64,000 nt of DNA, taken from Planctomycetota bacterium. GTDB taxonomy: Bacteria; Planctomycetota; UBA8742; UBA2392. Below are positions 1 through 8,689 of the stretch, piece by piece. The number at the start of each line of letters is the position of its first letter. Positions within the stretch are counted from its first letter, which is position 1. The position numbers and the translations under genes are program-made. The notes beneath the pieces were generated by a model. The model had not been told where the DNA came from and searched no databases. It saw only the letters and a list, made by a program, of their open reading frames with translations. Location of the stretch: NCBI GenBank assembly GCA_020849795.1, contig JADZFR010000051.1, positions 83,821 to 147,820 of the forward strand, in the 5' to 3' direction.

Positions 1-647
1 CGCTGCCCGCGGGCGTCCGGTCCGTCACCGACCACCCGGACTTTTCGCGCGGCGGGTTTTATGTGCAGGACTTTGCGGCCCAGCAGGTGGCGCCGATGCT
101 GCAACCTGAAGCAGGAGAAACGCTGCTCGACCTGTGCGCCGCGCCGGGGGGCAAGTCGGGCCATTTGGCTGAGTTGACCGGCGACAAAGCGCGCATCCTG
201 GCCTGCGACCAGTCGGAGGCCAAAGAAGAACGCATCCGCGAAAACATCACGCGCATGGGCTATCGCGGCATTGCTACCGTCGTGGCCGATGCTGCCGATG
301 TGCGCTTCCCAGAGCCATTTGACCGCGTGCTGATTGACGCGCCCTGCAGCAACAGCGGCGTGCTTGGCCGCCGCGTCGAGGCCCGCCACCGAATCAACGA
401 CAAGGCGCTGGCAGAACTGGCGGCGCTGCAATTGAAGATTCTCGAGAACGCCGCCGCCAACCTGAAGCCCGGCGGCACCATCGTCTACTCCGTGTGCAGC
501 GTGCTGATGGAAGAAGGCGTAGATGTGGTCCACAAGTTCATCGGCCCGCGCGAGAAGGCCGGTTGGGAAGTAGAGGAAGAAAAGTTCATTCTGCCCGTGC
601 CCGCCTGGCACGACGGCGGCTACATCTGCCGCATCGTCGCCCCGTAG
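1..647 (+). CDS. rsmB: 16S rRNA (cytosine-C5) methyltransferase, RsmB/Sun (NOL1/NOP2) family. This is the C-terminal part; the 5' end lies outside the window.
   Basis: The ORF runs off the window start. SAM-binding motif 'LDLCAAPGGK' and catalytic 'DAPCSNSGV...' are typical of m5C RNA methyltransferases. The C-terminal 'GGYICRIV' tail is also typical. Confidence 0.8.
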   Translation, partial: LPAGVRSVTDHPDFSRGGFYVQDFAAQQVAPMLQPEAGETLLDLCAAPGGKSGHLAELTGDKARILACDQSEAKEERIRENITRMGYRGIATVVADAADVRFPEPFDRVLIDAPCSNSGVLGRRVEARHRINDKALAELAALQLKILENAAANLKPGGTIVYSVCSVLMEEGVDVVHKFIGPREKAGWEVEEEKFILPVPAWHDGGYICRIVAP

Positions 648-726
648 CGACCCGGTGCCGCCACAAAATCTTGATGAAGGTCAGACGAACGATATTAGCC
701 TGCCCGGTATCTCAGGGGAGGCCGCC

Positions 727-3700
727 ATGCGCACAACTCTGGTTCTTCTGATCCTGTTTGCGGCATCGCTTCAGGCACAGGACTCAAACGCCGCCTGGAG
801 CTTCAGTGGACAGGGCGACACGTTTCAAAGCACCGGCAAGTTCGGGCAGGCCCACGAGGCGTACATCCAGGGCATCAGGATCGCGCAAGCGGGCGAGAAC
901 CGCTTTGCCGAGGGCTACATCCTGCTTGCGCTGGCCGGGCTGCATGACCGGACGGACTACGCCCAGGCCTGTCGAGCGCTCGTGCCCGAACTCCTTGAGC
1001 GGGCAATCGATCTGCTGGCCAGGGCGAGCTCGTACTGGCACGCACTGCGCGGCTGCCAGATGCTTACGCACCATCTGAAATCACTGGAACGCAAGCCTGA
1101 CGCAACGCAAATGGCCGACATTGCGATGGCGGCCGTCATCGCCGACGTGAACCAGGTCTTGGCCCAGGCCACGCTGCATAACCCTGAATACGCATCAGCC
1201 CTTCCGGATGTGCATCGCGAATGGATGCTCGCCCGGCTCTCGTTGCGCTCAGGCGCGACCGTGGCTGGCGCCGATCGCGCCGTCGCGGCGATTGAGGTCA
1301 TGGACAAAGCCGCATTGAAGCACTCCGCCCTGCAGGCCCGGTTGTGGCTCGCCCATGAACTGTTGGCACCGGCCCATGAGGCCAACGGCGCCGCGCGGGT
1401 GGTCACGCTGGCAACCGCAGCCGCAGAGTCGGCAGCGGCCCTTGGTTGCCGAGACGCCGAGTACCGGGCATGGGCACTGGTCGCACGGATGCACAGCGAC
1501 GCCACCAAGGCCGTTGCGGCTGCACGCGCATCACTGATGGCCGGACGCAATCTTGATCCGGACCCTGCGATTGAGGCGCTGGCGGTGCTTGCACGTTCCG
1601 CCCCTGAGTCGGAGCGCGCTGCCTGGCAGAACGAGTACCTCGACACCACATTGCGGCAGGCCCGCGACTGTCACTATGACCTGCTTCAAGCCATTGAAAA
1701 CGGAAACTTCTCGTACGTGCCCACTGCCGTACTGGCCAAGTTGCGACGGCACAGCCGACAATTGCCTGCACTGGTACCACACCTCAAAGTAATGGAGCGC
1801 CTGGAGCGTCGCTTGTCCGAGGCGCAGCCTCAACCCACGGCTGCACAGCGGGCCGAATTCAGAAAGCGCTTCGTGAACGCAGTCAGCGAGAAAGTCGCCC
1901 TGGGCGCGGCGGCCACCATGGCCGAGTTGGGCGGACGCGACGAGGTGATGGACCTGCTGATGGATAACCTGGAATCCAGTGATCCATTGGTCGAGTGCGC
2001 GATGGCTGTGCAGTCCACGGCGCGCGCCGAGCATATGCCGCGCCTGCTGAAACTTGCAGGGTCCAAGACCACTTTTGTCGCCGTGGCGGCCACCACGGCG
2101 ATCTTTCGACTGGTGCATGAGGGCGCACGGCCGAACCTTGCTGACCTGTTGAAGTCGCAAGAGATGGCAGGCGTGCCCCGCGCGTATCTGCTTGGCGCGC
2201 TGGCGCTGTCCGGCGACGAAGCGGGCATTGCAGGCCTGCGCGCGCTGGCTGCGGCTTCGACAGATGCGGAAGTCGCCGCCACCGCGTACTTTGTGTTGGC
2301 AACGCTGGGCGATGTTGCCGCGGGCGCAGAACTGGGCCGACGGATGCCAATTGCCAAAAACCAGGAATTCTATGCGGTCAACTTGGGGCGTGGCGGCGCG
2401 ATGCATGCGCGCGGCATGTTCTACGCCCTGAAGCATGACGAGATCACCGGTGCGCGCGCCAAGTGGCTTCATCGCCAGTGGCGCGGCCAGGACCGCAACA
2501 GCCGCGGCTGGCACCTGATGTACGCCACCCCGCGCGACCGCCGCGATACAAACGCGCTGCATGGACTTGATCACCTGCAGTGGCTTCGCGACACCGAAAA
2601 GGGCGCATGGGGAGACGTGCTCGAGTGGCTGATCCAGCACCTGGTGAACGATTTTCCGGAATGGTTCGCCGACCATCCGCACCTGCCGGCCGAACAGCCG
2701 GGGCCGCTCAAGGGCCTGGGCGAATCAGAACTGGACAAACCTGAAAGCGCTATCAAGCCCAGCGCCGACGGCATCTGGCTCATGTACGCAATCGGCACCG
2801 ACAAGGGCTACCTGTCCCTGAACAAGAAGCTGCACGACACGACACTTGCCGACAACACGCTGACGGTGACACTGGCAGACAACGGCCGCCGCATTCAGTT
2901 CAAAGCCGACGAGAGCTTCATCCGCACCGTGGCGGCTGCGCTGGATAAGATGTACGACTCGGCAACCCTGCATCTGCCGGGGCGCGAACCGCTGCCGATG
3001 ACCATTCACTTCAAGGGCTACTCGTGGGCCGACGTTGAAAAGCCCAACACCATCGGCGAAGTCACGCGCGTTGCCAACCCCGAGCGCTGGCGGAACCCCG
3101 AATACGACGGCCATGTCAAACTGGTGGTCGCCCTGCCCGAACCTGACGAGGGCATGGGCAACACCATTTCGCTGGAAGAACTCGCGAAGGCCGAAGTGGT
3201 TGTAAACATCAAGCTGCTCGACCGTACCGGCACGATGCGCTTCAAGTTGTCAGCGTTGCGGGAATCGTTGGCCGAGTTGCCGGACCTGGCGGTGACATCA
3301 TTTGAGATCAACCCCGCCTCGGCCAAGCCGAACCAGATGCTGATCGTGACGGTCAACGCGACCAACCTCGGGCGCAGCGTCACCAAGGCCGGCAATTGCC
3401 TTGTGCGCTTCTACGTCAAGAACCCGCAGTACGGCGACGGCTTTCGCGTGCTCGCTGAGCAGAAGTTTGAAGCGGTAGGCTGGCGGCACGGTGAATCCAG
3501 GTATTTCACGTTGCTGCCCGTGGTCGGCGCCGAGCACTTCTTGAACCGTTACAGCCACACCTTCGTGCCCGAAGCCGGTGACACCCAGCTGATGGTGATG
3601 ATTGACCCGTTCGACCAGTGCAAGGAGTCAGACAAAGAGAACAACAAGTCAGGCAGGCTCTTGAACTGGGAAGTCCAGGGCGAAGAAGCGACCAAGTTGG

Positions 3701-4611
3701 CAGAGTCCGACCTGGCGGCTGCGCTTGAGCCGCTCCTTGCCCGCCTGCGCGCCGCGCAGGATCGTGAAGCCGCGTTGGCAGTCTGCCGCGAATTTGAGGC
3801 GCTGTTCGAGCGCTGCAAGGTCAACAGTGATGTGACCCGCGCCGCGCTGGACATGTGCAGACGAATCGGCAACGGCGTGATGTGCGACCTGGAAGTCGCC
3901 GCGACTCAGAAAGAACTCGATGACGCAATCGCACAGGGGACCTTGGACGAAAGCAAACTGCGCATGATCGGCGCCCGGCTGTCACGCGTGCAGCGGGACA
4001 TCCTGGAAAGCGGATTGCCGATCAAGCCGAGCCAGCTCGATACCGCGCGCCGGGCAACCCTGGCGCTGTCGCGCAGCGCCAAGATGACGAACGAAGCTGC
4101 AGACCTGCACAACATTTTCAACAAGCCGGACAACCCGGCATTCCCGGCCGGGGCCAAGACGTTTGCCGACAACGTCGCGCGGCTTGACAACGCGATTGTG
4201 CTGGCGCGCTGGGTCAATGACATGCGCCAGAAAGCTGCCAACAACCCTGACGCGCCCAAGCCGGAAGTGAAGGATGCGGTGGACGCCGCGGTCGGCATTA
4301 CCGGCCTCGACAAGGTGCTCGGACTGCCAAAGGCTTTTTTCGGCTCGATCCTGAGCTACAACGAGCGCAACTGGGACAAGGTGACCGACTCTCTGGGTTC
4401 GATCGGCGACCGCATCTCGGGCAAGATCAGCGACGAAGACCTGCAAAAACGGGTTGCAGGCGTTGAAAAGGGTTTCTGCCCGGCGCAACTCGGCCAGGAG
4501 CTGGTGGAGAACCTCGAGTCAGAGACGATCAAGAAGATTCCGGTGATTGGCACGATTTACAGCTTTTGCAAGTCGTGGTTCAAAGAGGACAAACGCTACC
4601 AGCGCAATTGA
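727..4611 (+). CDS. Very large secreted protein (about 1294 aa) with a cleavable signal peptide, an alpha-helical repeat region and a CARDB-like beta-sandwich domain.
   Basis: The ATG at 727 is preceded by a GGGGAGG Shine-Dalgarno sequence. The signal peptide 'MRTTLVLLILFAASLQAQ' follows. The segment 'VTSFEINPASAKPNQMLIVTVNATNLGRSVTKAGNCLVRFYV...DKENNKSG' matches the CARDB fold signature. The protein has a long helical/coiled C-terminus. The track ORF starts at an upstream GTG at 655, which I consider less likely. Confidence 0.6.
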   Translation: MRTTLVLLILFAASLQAQDSNAAWSFSGQGDTFQSTGKFGQAHEAYIQGIRIAQAGENRFAEGYILLALAGLHDRTDYAQACRALVPELLERAIDLLARASSYWHALRGCQMLTHHLKSLERKPDATQMADIAMAAVIADVNQVLAQATLHNPEYASALPDVHREWMLARLSLRSGATVAGADRAVAAIEVMDKAALKHSALQARLWLAHELLAPAHEANGAARVVTLATAAAESAAALGCRDAEYRAWALVARMHSDATKAVAAARASLMAGRNLDPDPAIEALAVLARSAPESERAAWQNEYLDTTLRQARDCHYDLLQAIENGNFSYVPTAVLAKLRRHSRQLPALVPHLKVMERLERRLSEAQPQPTAAQRAEFRKRFVNAVSEKVALGAAATMAELGGRDEVMDLLMDNLESSDPLVECAMAVQSTARAEHMPRLLKLAGSKTTFVAVAATTAIFRLVHEGARPNLADLLKSQEMAGVPRAYLLGALALSGDEAGIAGLRALAAASTDAEVAATAYFVLATLGDVAAGAELGRRMPIAKNQEFYAVNLGRGGAMHARGMFYALKHDEITGARAKWLHRQWRGQDRNSRGWHLMYATPRDRRDTNALHGLDHLQWLRDTEKGAWGDVLEWLIQHLVNDFPEWFADHPHLPAEQPGPLKGLGESELDKPESAIKPSADGIWLMYAIGTDKGYLSLNKKLHDTTLADNTLTVTLADNGRRIQFKADESFIRTVAAALDKMYDSATLHLPGREPLPMTIHFKGYSWADVEKPNTIGEVTRVANPERWRNPEYDGHVKLVVALPEPDEGMGNTISLEELAKAEVVVNIKLLDRTGTMRFKLSALRESLAELPDLAVTSFEINPASAKPNQMLIVTVNATNLGRSVTKAGNCLVRFYVKNPQYGDGFRVLAEQKFEAVGWRHGESRYFTLLPVVGAEHFLNRYSHTFVPEAGDTQLMVMIDPFDQCKESDKENNKSGRLLNWEVQGEEATKLAESDLAAALEPLLARLRAAQDREAALAVCREFEALFERCKVNSDVTRAALDMCRRIGNGVMCDLEVAATQKELDDAIAQGTLDESKLRMIGARLSRVQRDILESGLPIKPSQLDTARRATLALSRSAKMTNEAADLHNIFNKPDNPAFPAGAKTFADNVARLDNAIVLARWVNDMRQKAANNPDAPKPEVKDAVDAAVGITGLDKVLGLPKAFFGSILSYNERNWDKVTDSLGSIGDRISGKISDEDLQKRVAGVEKGFCPAQLGQELVENLESETIKKIPVIGTIYSFCKSWFKEDKRYQRN

Positions 4612-4697
4612 GGCAACGGCTCCGGAGTGCCACTGCCTTCGGGGCTTTGACGTACCCGACTCGCCGCAGGCGGGTGAGATCGTGCTTGGTATGCCGG

Positions 4698-5249
4698 CTA
4701 TTGTTCGAGGCTGAACACGCCTGACGCCACGCCGTGCCAGTTGCCGGACGTGAACTCGGTTTCGAACACTTTCTTGTTCTCGGCGTCGGCGATCAGGCGG
4801 CCCGCATCCAGCGCGAGCTTGAAGTACTTGTGTGACTCCTGGCTGTCGCCCTCCACCGCGTGCGCGCGGGCCATCGCCTCGAATGCAAACGCGCGGTCAT
4901 AGTCCGCCAGCGCGTCCTTGTTCTGCTCGGTCAGCGCAAGGCAGCGGCGCGCGTGCCGTACGGCCTCGCGGCCGTTGTTCATCGAGCTGTATACGCGGCT
5001 GATCAACCACTCTGCGCGTTGGTGATGCGCGGGCTCGCCCACCTCAAGATAGTGAAAGGCGCTGGCAAACGCGGCGTAGAGCATCTTCTCGTTCTCTTCA
5101 GGCGTGCGGTGCGGTTTCTGCAGCAGCGCCCATGTCACCGCGTTCAGGCTGGGCGCGAACGCGCGCTGCGCGGACTGCGCGGCATCGCGCCGCGAGTCGC
5201 GCTGCTCGGTGCGAGGGGCAGTCTTTGCTGTCGGCCTTGGTTCTGCCAT
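4698..5249 (-). CDS. hypothetical protein (about 183 aa)
   Basis: The ORF has genome-typical GC3 codon bias and a basic N-terminus. I did not recognise any domain. The start codon is uncertain. Confidence 0.45.
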   Translation of the reverse strand: MAEPRPTAKTAPRTEQRDSRRDAAQSAQRAFAPSLNAVTWALLQKPHRTPEENEKMLYAAFASAFHYLEVGEPAHHQRAEWLISRVYSSMNNGREAVRHARRCLALTEQNKDALADYDRAFAFEAMARAHAVEGDSQESHKYFKLALDAGRLIADAENKKVFETEFTSGNWHGVASGVFSLEQ

Positions 5250-5310
5250 GGCTTGCTTTTATGGGCCTTATCGAAAGAAAGGCAAGTGTCATCCGAAGGC
5301 TGTGCGCCGC

Positions 5311-6231
5311 TCACGCATCCAGCTTGGTTCGTTGCGGGTCGAGTTCGCGGTGCTCGACGACTTCTTGCTCAATGAACTTGATGATTTCGTCGGCAACATC
5401 GACGCCCGTGGCCGTCTCGATGCCTTCCAGGCCCGGGCTGCTGTTCACTTCCAGCACAAGCGGGCCGCGCTTGGCGCGAATCAGGTCCACACCCGCGACA
5501 TTCAGATTCATGGCCTTGGCAGCCGCCAGCGAAATCGCGGTCTCTTTGCGCGACAACGCCACCACCTTGCCGGTGCCGCCGCGATGCAGGTTGCTGCGAA
5601 AATCGCCGGGGGGCGCGGTGCGTTCCATGGCTGCGACCACGCGGTTGCCGACCACGAAGGCGCGAATGTCGTGGCCGTCGGCTTCAGCAATGAACTCCTG
5701 CAAAAGAAAATTCGCGTTCAACTGTTGAAAGGCGCTGATCACCGCCTCGGCGGCTTTGCGCGTGGGCGCCAGCACAACGCCCGCGCCCTGGCTGCCCTGC
5801 AGCAGCTTGATCACGAGCGGCGGCCCCCCCACCAGGTCGATCAACGAGTCCTTGTCCATGGTCGCGTGGGCGAAGCCTGTTTTCGGCAGATCGACGTTTT
5901 TGCGCGATAGCAACTGCATGCTGCGCAGCTTGTCGCCGCTGCGCACAACCGCCTGGCTGGCGTTGACGCAGTAAATGCCCATCATCTCGAACTGGCGCAC
6001 TATGGCTGCGCCGTATCCCGCTTCGTTACCGCTGGCAATGCGCGGGATGACGGCATCAAACTTTTCCAGCGCGCGGCCCACGTACATGACCTTGGGGCTG
6101 CGCGCCGTGATGTCAACGTAGCAGCGCAGGTAATCCACCACGGTGACGCGATGGCGCCGCTTTTCGCAGGCCTCTTTGAGGCGGCGCGTGGAGTAAAGCG
6201 TAGGGTTACGCGAAAGCAGGCAGATCTTCAT
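5311..6231 (-). CDS. rimK: ATP-grasp ribosomal protein S6 glutamate ligase RimK family
   Basis: '[18 protein letters not shown]...' shows full-length similarity to RimK. ATP-grasp motifs '[13 protein letters not shown]' and '[15 protein letters not shown]' are present, as is the C-terminal '[13 protein letters not shown]'. Confidence 0.85.
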   Translation of the reverse strand: MKICLLSRNPTLYSTRRLKEACEKRRHRVTVVDYLRCYVDITARSPKVMYVGRALEKFDAVIPRIASGNEAGYGAAIVRQFEMMGIYCVNASQAVVRSGDKLRSMQLLSRKNVDLPKTGFAHATMDKDSLIDLVGGPPLVIKLLQGSQGAGVVLAPTRKAAEAVISAFQQLNANFLLQEFIAEADGHDIRAFVVGNRVVAAMERTAPPGDFRSNLHRGGTGKVVALSRKETAISLAAAKAMNLNVAGVDLIRAKRGPLVLEVNSSPGLEGIETATGVDVADEIIKFIEQEVVEHRELDPQRTKLDA

Positions 6232-6464
6232 GCCGAAAAGTTAGCTGCCCGGCACGATCTGTCGATGGCTGCGGCGTGAGTCGGAACACAATCAACAAAC
6301 ATCCCGATCGGCAAATTGGGTCTTCAGAGCCGATCTGACGAGTGGCATGCGCTTCCAGCGCATGAGTTGCGACGGCCTCCGGCCGTCGCCGCCGGCCAGA
6401 GGCCAGCGAAACTCATTCGCGAGACGCGAATGCCACGGCCCTGTGCAACGAAGCTGAAGAATTA

Positions 6465-8015
6465 CTAGCCCTTGTCGCGGAGGACCTTTTCGGGCTCTGG
6501 GGCGGCGCCCTTCTTGTAGCTGGCGCTGTCGGCGCGTTCGTAGGGAACTTTGGCCTCGAGCTTGGCTTGCTGGCCCTTGGCCTTCTGCTTGTCCTGCACG
6601 TGCTTGGGCGGCAGCCAGTTGCCCATTTCGTCGAAGCTGCCTTCGGCTTGCGCCTTCTCGGCCATCGTGACGCGGCGCTTTCTGCGGTCGTCGGCCATAG
6701 GCATTTCCTTGAGGTCCGCGGGTGCGCGCTGGCCGAGGTCGGTAAAATTGTCCATGCGCACGGCGCACAGGTCGCCGCACATGGTGCAGACATCGCTGTC
6801 GTAGTCTTCGCTGGTTGCGCGGAACTTGCGCGCCTCTACGGGGTCGATGGCACAGGCGAACATCGTCTCCCAGTCCAGCTTCTTGCGCGCCTCGGACATC
6901 CGATCATTCAAACGCTTGGCGTAGGGCACGCCCTTGGCCAGGTCGCCCGACTGGGCGGCAATGCGCGTGGCGATCACGCCCTGTCGCACGTCGTCGGCGT
7001 TGGGCAGACGCAGATGCTCCGCCGGTGTCACATAGCACAGCATGTCGGCGCCCGCAGCACTGCACACTGCGCCGCCGATCGCCCCCGTGATGTGGTCATA
7101 GCCCGCGCCCGTGTCGATGGTCAGCGGGCCCAGCACGTAAAACGGCGCGCCGTGGCAGATACTCTTTTGCAGCTTCACGTTGGCTGCAATCTGGTCCAGC
7201 GGCACGTGCCCGGGGCCTTCGATCATGACCTGTACGCCCTTGGCCCACGCGCGTTTGGTGAGTTCGCCCAGGATGAGCAGTTCCTGCACTTGCGCGGCGT
7301 CCGTCGCGTCGCCGGTACCGCCCGGGCGCAGGCTGTCGCCAAGACTGAAGGTCATGTCGTAGCGCGCCGCGATCTCGCATAGCTCGTCGAAGTACTCGTA
7401 CAGCGGGTTCTCGTTGCCGGTGGCGCGCATCCAGGCCGCGTGCACGCTGCCGCCCTTGCTGACGATGCCGACGATGCGCTGGCGTCCGTCCACGTACTTC
7501 AACGTCTGCCGCGTGATGCCGCAGTGGACCGTGATGTAGTCCACGCCCTGCTGGCCCTGTTTTTCGATTTCGTCGAGCAGCCGCCGTGCTGTGAAGTCTT
7601 TGAACCCCTTGCCCTGCATGATGTTGTCAGACATCGCGCCGTAGATGGGCACGGTGCCGACCATGACGTTGCTGTTCTTGATCACGCTTTCGCGGATCAG
7701 GTCGAGGTCCTGGTAGCCGCTGCTCAAGTCCATCACGCTGTCGCTGCCAAAGTCGATCGCGACCTTGAGCTTGTTCAGCTCTTCATCGAGCGAGCCGTGA
7801 TCGGACGAAATGCCGATGTTTGCGTTGACCTTGGTTTTCGTGCGACGCCCGATGGCACGCGGCGCGAAGTCGTGATTGTGGTTCTTCGGGATCACCAGGT
7901 GGCCCTGCGCGATCAACGCGCGCACTTCCTCGGGCGTGAGTTCTTCCTGTTCAGCCACGTAGGCCATCTCGTCGGTGATTTTGCCATCACGCGCGAATTG
8001 CAGCTGGGTCGCCAT
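6465..8015 (-). CDS. thiC: phosphomethylpyrimidine synthase ThiC (radical SAM, thiamine biosynthesis)
   Basis: The ThiC core is conserved throughout, for example 'NANIGISSDHGSLDEELNKL', 'ITVHCGITRQTLKY' and 'MIEGPGHVPLDQI'. The C-terminal Fe-S motif 'CTMCGDLCA' (CX2CX4C) is present. A Lys/Ala-rich C-terminal extension of roughly 90 residues follows. Confidence 0.9.
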   Translation of the reverse strand: MATQLQFARDGKITDEMAYVAEQEELTPEEVRALIAQGHLVIPKNHNHDFAPRAIGRRTKTKVNANIGISSDHGSLDEELNKLKVAIDFGSDSVMDLSSGYQDLDLIRESVIKNSNVMVGTVPIYGAMSDNIMQGKGFKDFTARRLLDEIEKQGQQGVDYITVHCGITRQTLKYVDGRQRIVGIVSKGGSVHAAWMRATGNENPLYEYFDELCEIAARYDMTFSLGDSLRPGGTGDATDAAQVQELLILGELTKRAWAKGVQVMIEGPGHVPLDQIAANVKLQKSICHGAPFYVLGPLTIDTGAGYDHITGAIGGAVCSAAGADMLCYVTPAEHLRLPNADDVRQGVIATRIAAQSGDLAKGVPYAKRLNDRMSEARKKLDWETMFACAIDPVEARKFRATSEDYDSDVCTMCGDLCAVRMDNFTDLGQRAPADLKEMPMADDRRKRRVTMAEKAQAEGSFDEMGNWLPPKHVQDKQKAKGQQAKLEAKVPYERADSASYKKGAAPEPEKVLRDKG

Positions 8016-8130
8016 TGGATGCTCTCATTTGCGCAGTCGCGGGCAGGATAGATCACGACGTGAGCATCACCAGTAGGCGACAACTCAGCACGCGGTAGTA
8101 TGACCGCGCTTCCGAACCAGGGAACCTTCG

Positions 8131-8622
8131 ATGAACTCCACCGACGTCTTGCTGCTTGCATTTGACAACGCCCTCACCCACCCGTGGGAGTCATTCACCG
8201 GTGCCACCGAAGACCTGAGTGCCGCCGAAACCGCGTGGCAGCCACCGGCATACGCGCAAGAACCACACGACCCGGGCGTCGGCAAGCCGGGCACAGTGCT
8301 GTGGTTTCTCAATCATCTTGAGCTATGCCACCGCCACTACACGACGATGCTGCAACAGAGAAGACAACGGCCCCGAGAGCAAGCGACGGGCGCCGCGCCC
8401 GAAACCCAACCGGCGGGTGAACTGCCCCTGCCTGAGATCCTGGCTGCACTGAAAGCGGCAAACGCCGCCCTGAGGGACGAAATCGCACTGCTGAAAGCCG
8501 ACGATCTCGACACACCCTTCACGCCGAACAAGACCACCGCCGAGTTTGTCCTGGGCACGATTCGCCACATCAGCTGGCACTCGGGCCAGATTGCGACGAT
8601 TCGCCGGCTGTACAGGCAATGA
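8131..8622 (+). CDS. DinB/YfiT-like (DinB_2 four-helix-bundle) family protein
   Basis: The size is about 163 aa. His-containing helices 'WFLNHLELCHRHY' and a C-terminal 'HISWHSGQIATIRR' are characteristic of the DinB_2 metal-dependent family. Confidence 0.65.
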   Translation: MNSTDVLLLAFDNALTHPWESFTGATEDLSAAETAWQPPAYAQEPHDPGVGKPGTVLWFLNHLELCHRHYTTMLQQRRQRPREQATGAAPETQPAGELPLPEILAALKAANAALRDEIALLKADDLDTPFTPNKTTAEFVLGTIRHISWHSGQIATIRRLYRQ

Positions 8623-8632
8623 ACATTGCCGC

Positions 8633-8672
8633 AAACACCGGAGCGCGAGTTTCCTCGCGCTCCGGCGTTTGC
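8633..8672. terminator. bidirectional intrinsic terminator between convergent genes
   Basis: A perfect 12-bp stem CCGGAGCGCGAG/CTCGCGCTCCGG with loop TTTC sits at 8638-8665. It is flanked by AAACA upstream and GTTTG downstream, so it is usable from both strands. Confidence 0.6.
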
Positions 8673-8689
8673 TGACACATCAGCACGGA

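Noticed and set aside
8016-8130. Calling a TPP riboswitch as a feature
   Set aside because: Only fragmentary THI-box similarity could be found by eye. I kept it as a finding to be tested with a covariance model rather than asserting it.
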